Below are positions 62,010-64,000 of a DNA stretch of 64,000 nt, one piece after another. The translations under genes and the position numbers were made by a program. The DNA comes from Nemertoderma westbladi. Its lineage: Eukaryota > Animalia > Xenacoelomorpha. The DNA is taken from the NCBI GenBank assembly GCA_032718475.1, contig JAUCBJ010007659.1, positions 1 through 64,000 of the forward strand. The letters are read 5' to 3'. Under the pieces are notes generated by a model. It was given only the letters and a program-made list of their open reading frames with translations. It ran no database searches and was not told the DNA's origin. Every line of letters starts with the position of its first letter. Within the stretch, counting starts at the first letter, position 1.

Positions 62010-62375
62010 TGTGGTAGCCTACCAATGAAATAGTGGAATATCCCCCAGTGATGGTTATTTCAATAAAAGGCAATGGCATTAATTTTATTTGCATGATTTC
62101 AATGGGCAGTGAACAAGCCGAACCTGGGCCGCCATGTGTCTCTGAACTATCTGTTACGTAGTTCACAATAATCAATAGTAATCAATATCAGTTACCGCTC
62201 GCATAGTCGCATACCAGTGTGTCGGTGTCCCAATGGTACATATAGTACGGCGTACAGGACTTTATCTGGTAGGCCAATAGTGATATAATCGTGGTATATC
62301 ATTGTAAAGCTGATAATAGATTGTACTGTACAATAGTAAGTGTAACCACTACTGTATTAATGTATTTTCTTGCAG

Positions 62376-62597
62376 TGAACAGCTAATTCTATATTTGTCA
62401 GCTATCGACTTCTTGGGATGTTTGTTAGTTATTCCGATCGGAGCAATACAATTCCTTATGGACTTCAACCCATCGTTGCCATCGTTTTGCTTCATAGACA
62501 ATCTGATTGTTCTTCTTATCAGTCACCAGTCCCATTTTCTTATTCTTATCATCACGGTGGAGAGATTCATTGCTGTGTGCCGTCCCCATAGCTACCG
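62376..62597 (+). CDS. Class A GPCR, next coding exon (TM2-TM3)
   Basis: Acceptor TTTTCTTGCAG at 62375. The phase matches the first exon, giving KKTPS-EQLILYLSAIDFLGCLLVIP (TM2 LxxxD...P). A Cys lies before TM3, followed by TVERFIAVCRP (DRY-like ERF). Donor CG|GTAAGT at 62598. The remainder is not seen in the window. Confidence 0.88.
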
Positions 62598-62989
62598 GTA
62601 AGTTGGTATCATTTTCTATATATTTTTTAGTTAAATAATGAAAAATTAAAATTAAAATAAATGTTGATTTACTTTTTATGGATATAATTGATTGATACCT
62701 CGCTCAACCATTCTCAGATCCTTGGCCTGCAAAGCGGAGGCGGTGGTGTTTAAGAGACAATCTAAAGCTAGGCGGAACTAATGAGAGACCCGCAATGCTG
62801 TATATGATCAGGTTGGAGATGCGTGATTGTACTTGACACAATGAACCCGTCTCGGCACTCTTGCGAAAGTGCCACCCAGAGGATCGGTGTCCTCAGCAGG
62901 TAGAGCCCGGCATGGATTCCCTCTCATAAAGGAGATACTAGTTTAACAAAAAAATGTGCCACCACCATGTAATACACAATTGGCTTGCT

Positions 62990-63265
62990 GTGATGCAGCG
63001 TGCATTAAGAATGCTATGCAGGCTTATCGATAAAGTTGCGCCGCCACAACTCCCTATCTCCCATGACTTTCCCGAGATATTCTCCATCTTCAAGGCCAGT
63101 GTCCTTTAAGACGCGTCTCACGAAAGTCATGGGATGTCCATCATGCTTATTTTCAACATGGGGCTGCCAAAGCACAACATTGTGCACAGGCTGGCCCTCA
63201 CGGCGAAAACAATGTCCTGCAAAGCGGAGGCAGCTTTGTTCTAGTGTCAAGCTTGGGGGAACCAA
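62990..63265 (-). mobile_element. RTE-like LINE 3' end, inverted relative to the adjacent RT fragment
   Basis: CLRFAGHCFRREGQPVHNVVLWQP...RELWRR. Confidence 0.8.
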
Positions 63266-64000
63266 TTAGACAGAACCATTTGAAGTGTTATGGGGCGTCC
63301 TCCAAGGAGACACACTTGCACCATTCTTGTTCATTATTGTGGTTGACTATGTTCTACGCATGTCCTTAGATCATCATAATGATGATGGGGTGATGATAAC
63401 TCCACCTACTGGCTCCAGAAGTCGAGGAAATCCTGCCAAGTACCTAACTGATCTAGACTTTGCTGATGACTTAGGAGTACTCTCAGAATCATTAGAGGGA
63501 GCCCAACGGCTCCTCAGCTCATTAGAACATGCTGCTTCTAGTGTTGGTCTTTTTATTAACTCCAGAAAGACCAAAATTATGACAGTTAACTTTGAAAGTC
63601 CTCAGCAAGTCTCTGATCGGATGAGCATAAGCTCAAAGGATGGTATGCTTGAGCATGTGGACGACTTCTGTTACCTGGGATCATGGATCCGGAAGTCAGG
63701 TGAGGACCTTCGAATACGTTAGGGAAAGGCATGGGCAGCCTTGAATAGGCTTTGCAGGATTTGGAAGTCACCGAGAATTAATCGGAAACTTAAGGTCCGA
63801 TTATTTAGAGCAGCAGTAGTTCCAGTACTCCTCTACGGGAGTCCATGCTGGGCTCTAACTGCTGAGGACACCAAATCTCTGGATGGCACATTCCCAAGAA
63901 TGCTACGCCGGGTTCATTGTGTCAAGTACAATGCACACATCTCCAACCAGACACTATATAACATTGGAGGTGTCTCATTGGTTCCCCCAAGCTTGACACT
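63266..64000 (+). mobile_element. RTE-like LINE reverse transcriptase fragment (5'-truncated, with a stop codon; runs off the window)
   Basis: GVLQGDTLAPFLFIIVVD, YLTDLDFADD, FCYLGS. After the TAG the frame continues GKAWAALNRL...LLYG. Confidence 0.9.

Overview
This is a repeat-rich eukaryotic (metazoan-like) genomic window. The main feature is a young, full-length 19.2-kb BEL/Pao-type LTR retrotransposon (4485-23728), with 2252-bp near-identical LTRs and a GGTTT target-site duplication, inserted into a 63-bp satellite. It is unusual in four ways. (i) It carries a second 3.6-kb ORF in the env position that encodes a DEDDy/WRN-like 3'-5' exonuclease domain plus three CCHC zinc knuckles. (ii) It has no tRNA-type primer-binding site; instead the 12 nt after the 5' LTR are perfectly complementary to a 12-mer inside its own LTR. 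(iii) That 12-mer is directly followed by six tandem GTAAGT splice donors. (iv) An 18-nt hairpin motif recurs six times along the internal region in different reading frames. Together these suggest, as an untested hypothesis, a tRNA-independent self-priming system possibly assisted by the exonuclease. The rest of the window holds two coding exons of a host class A GPCR separated by a 19.7-kb intron, satellites of 63, 31, 18, 36 and 24 bp (two of them apparently growing out of tRNA-derived SINEs), LINE fragments, MITE-like elements and nested insertions. Most long ORFs outside the retrotransposon are satellite artefacts. All calls were made by eye, without database searches.
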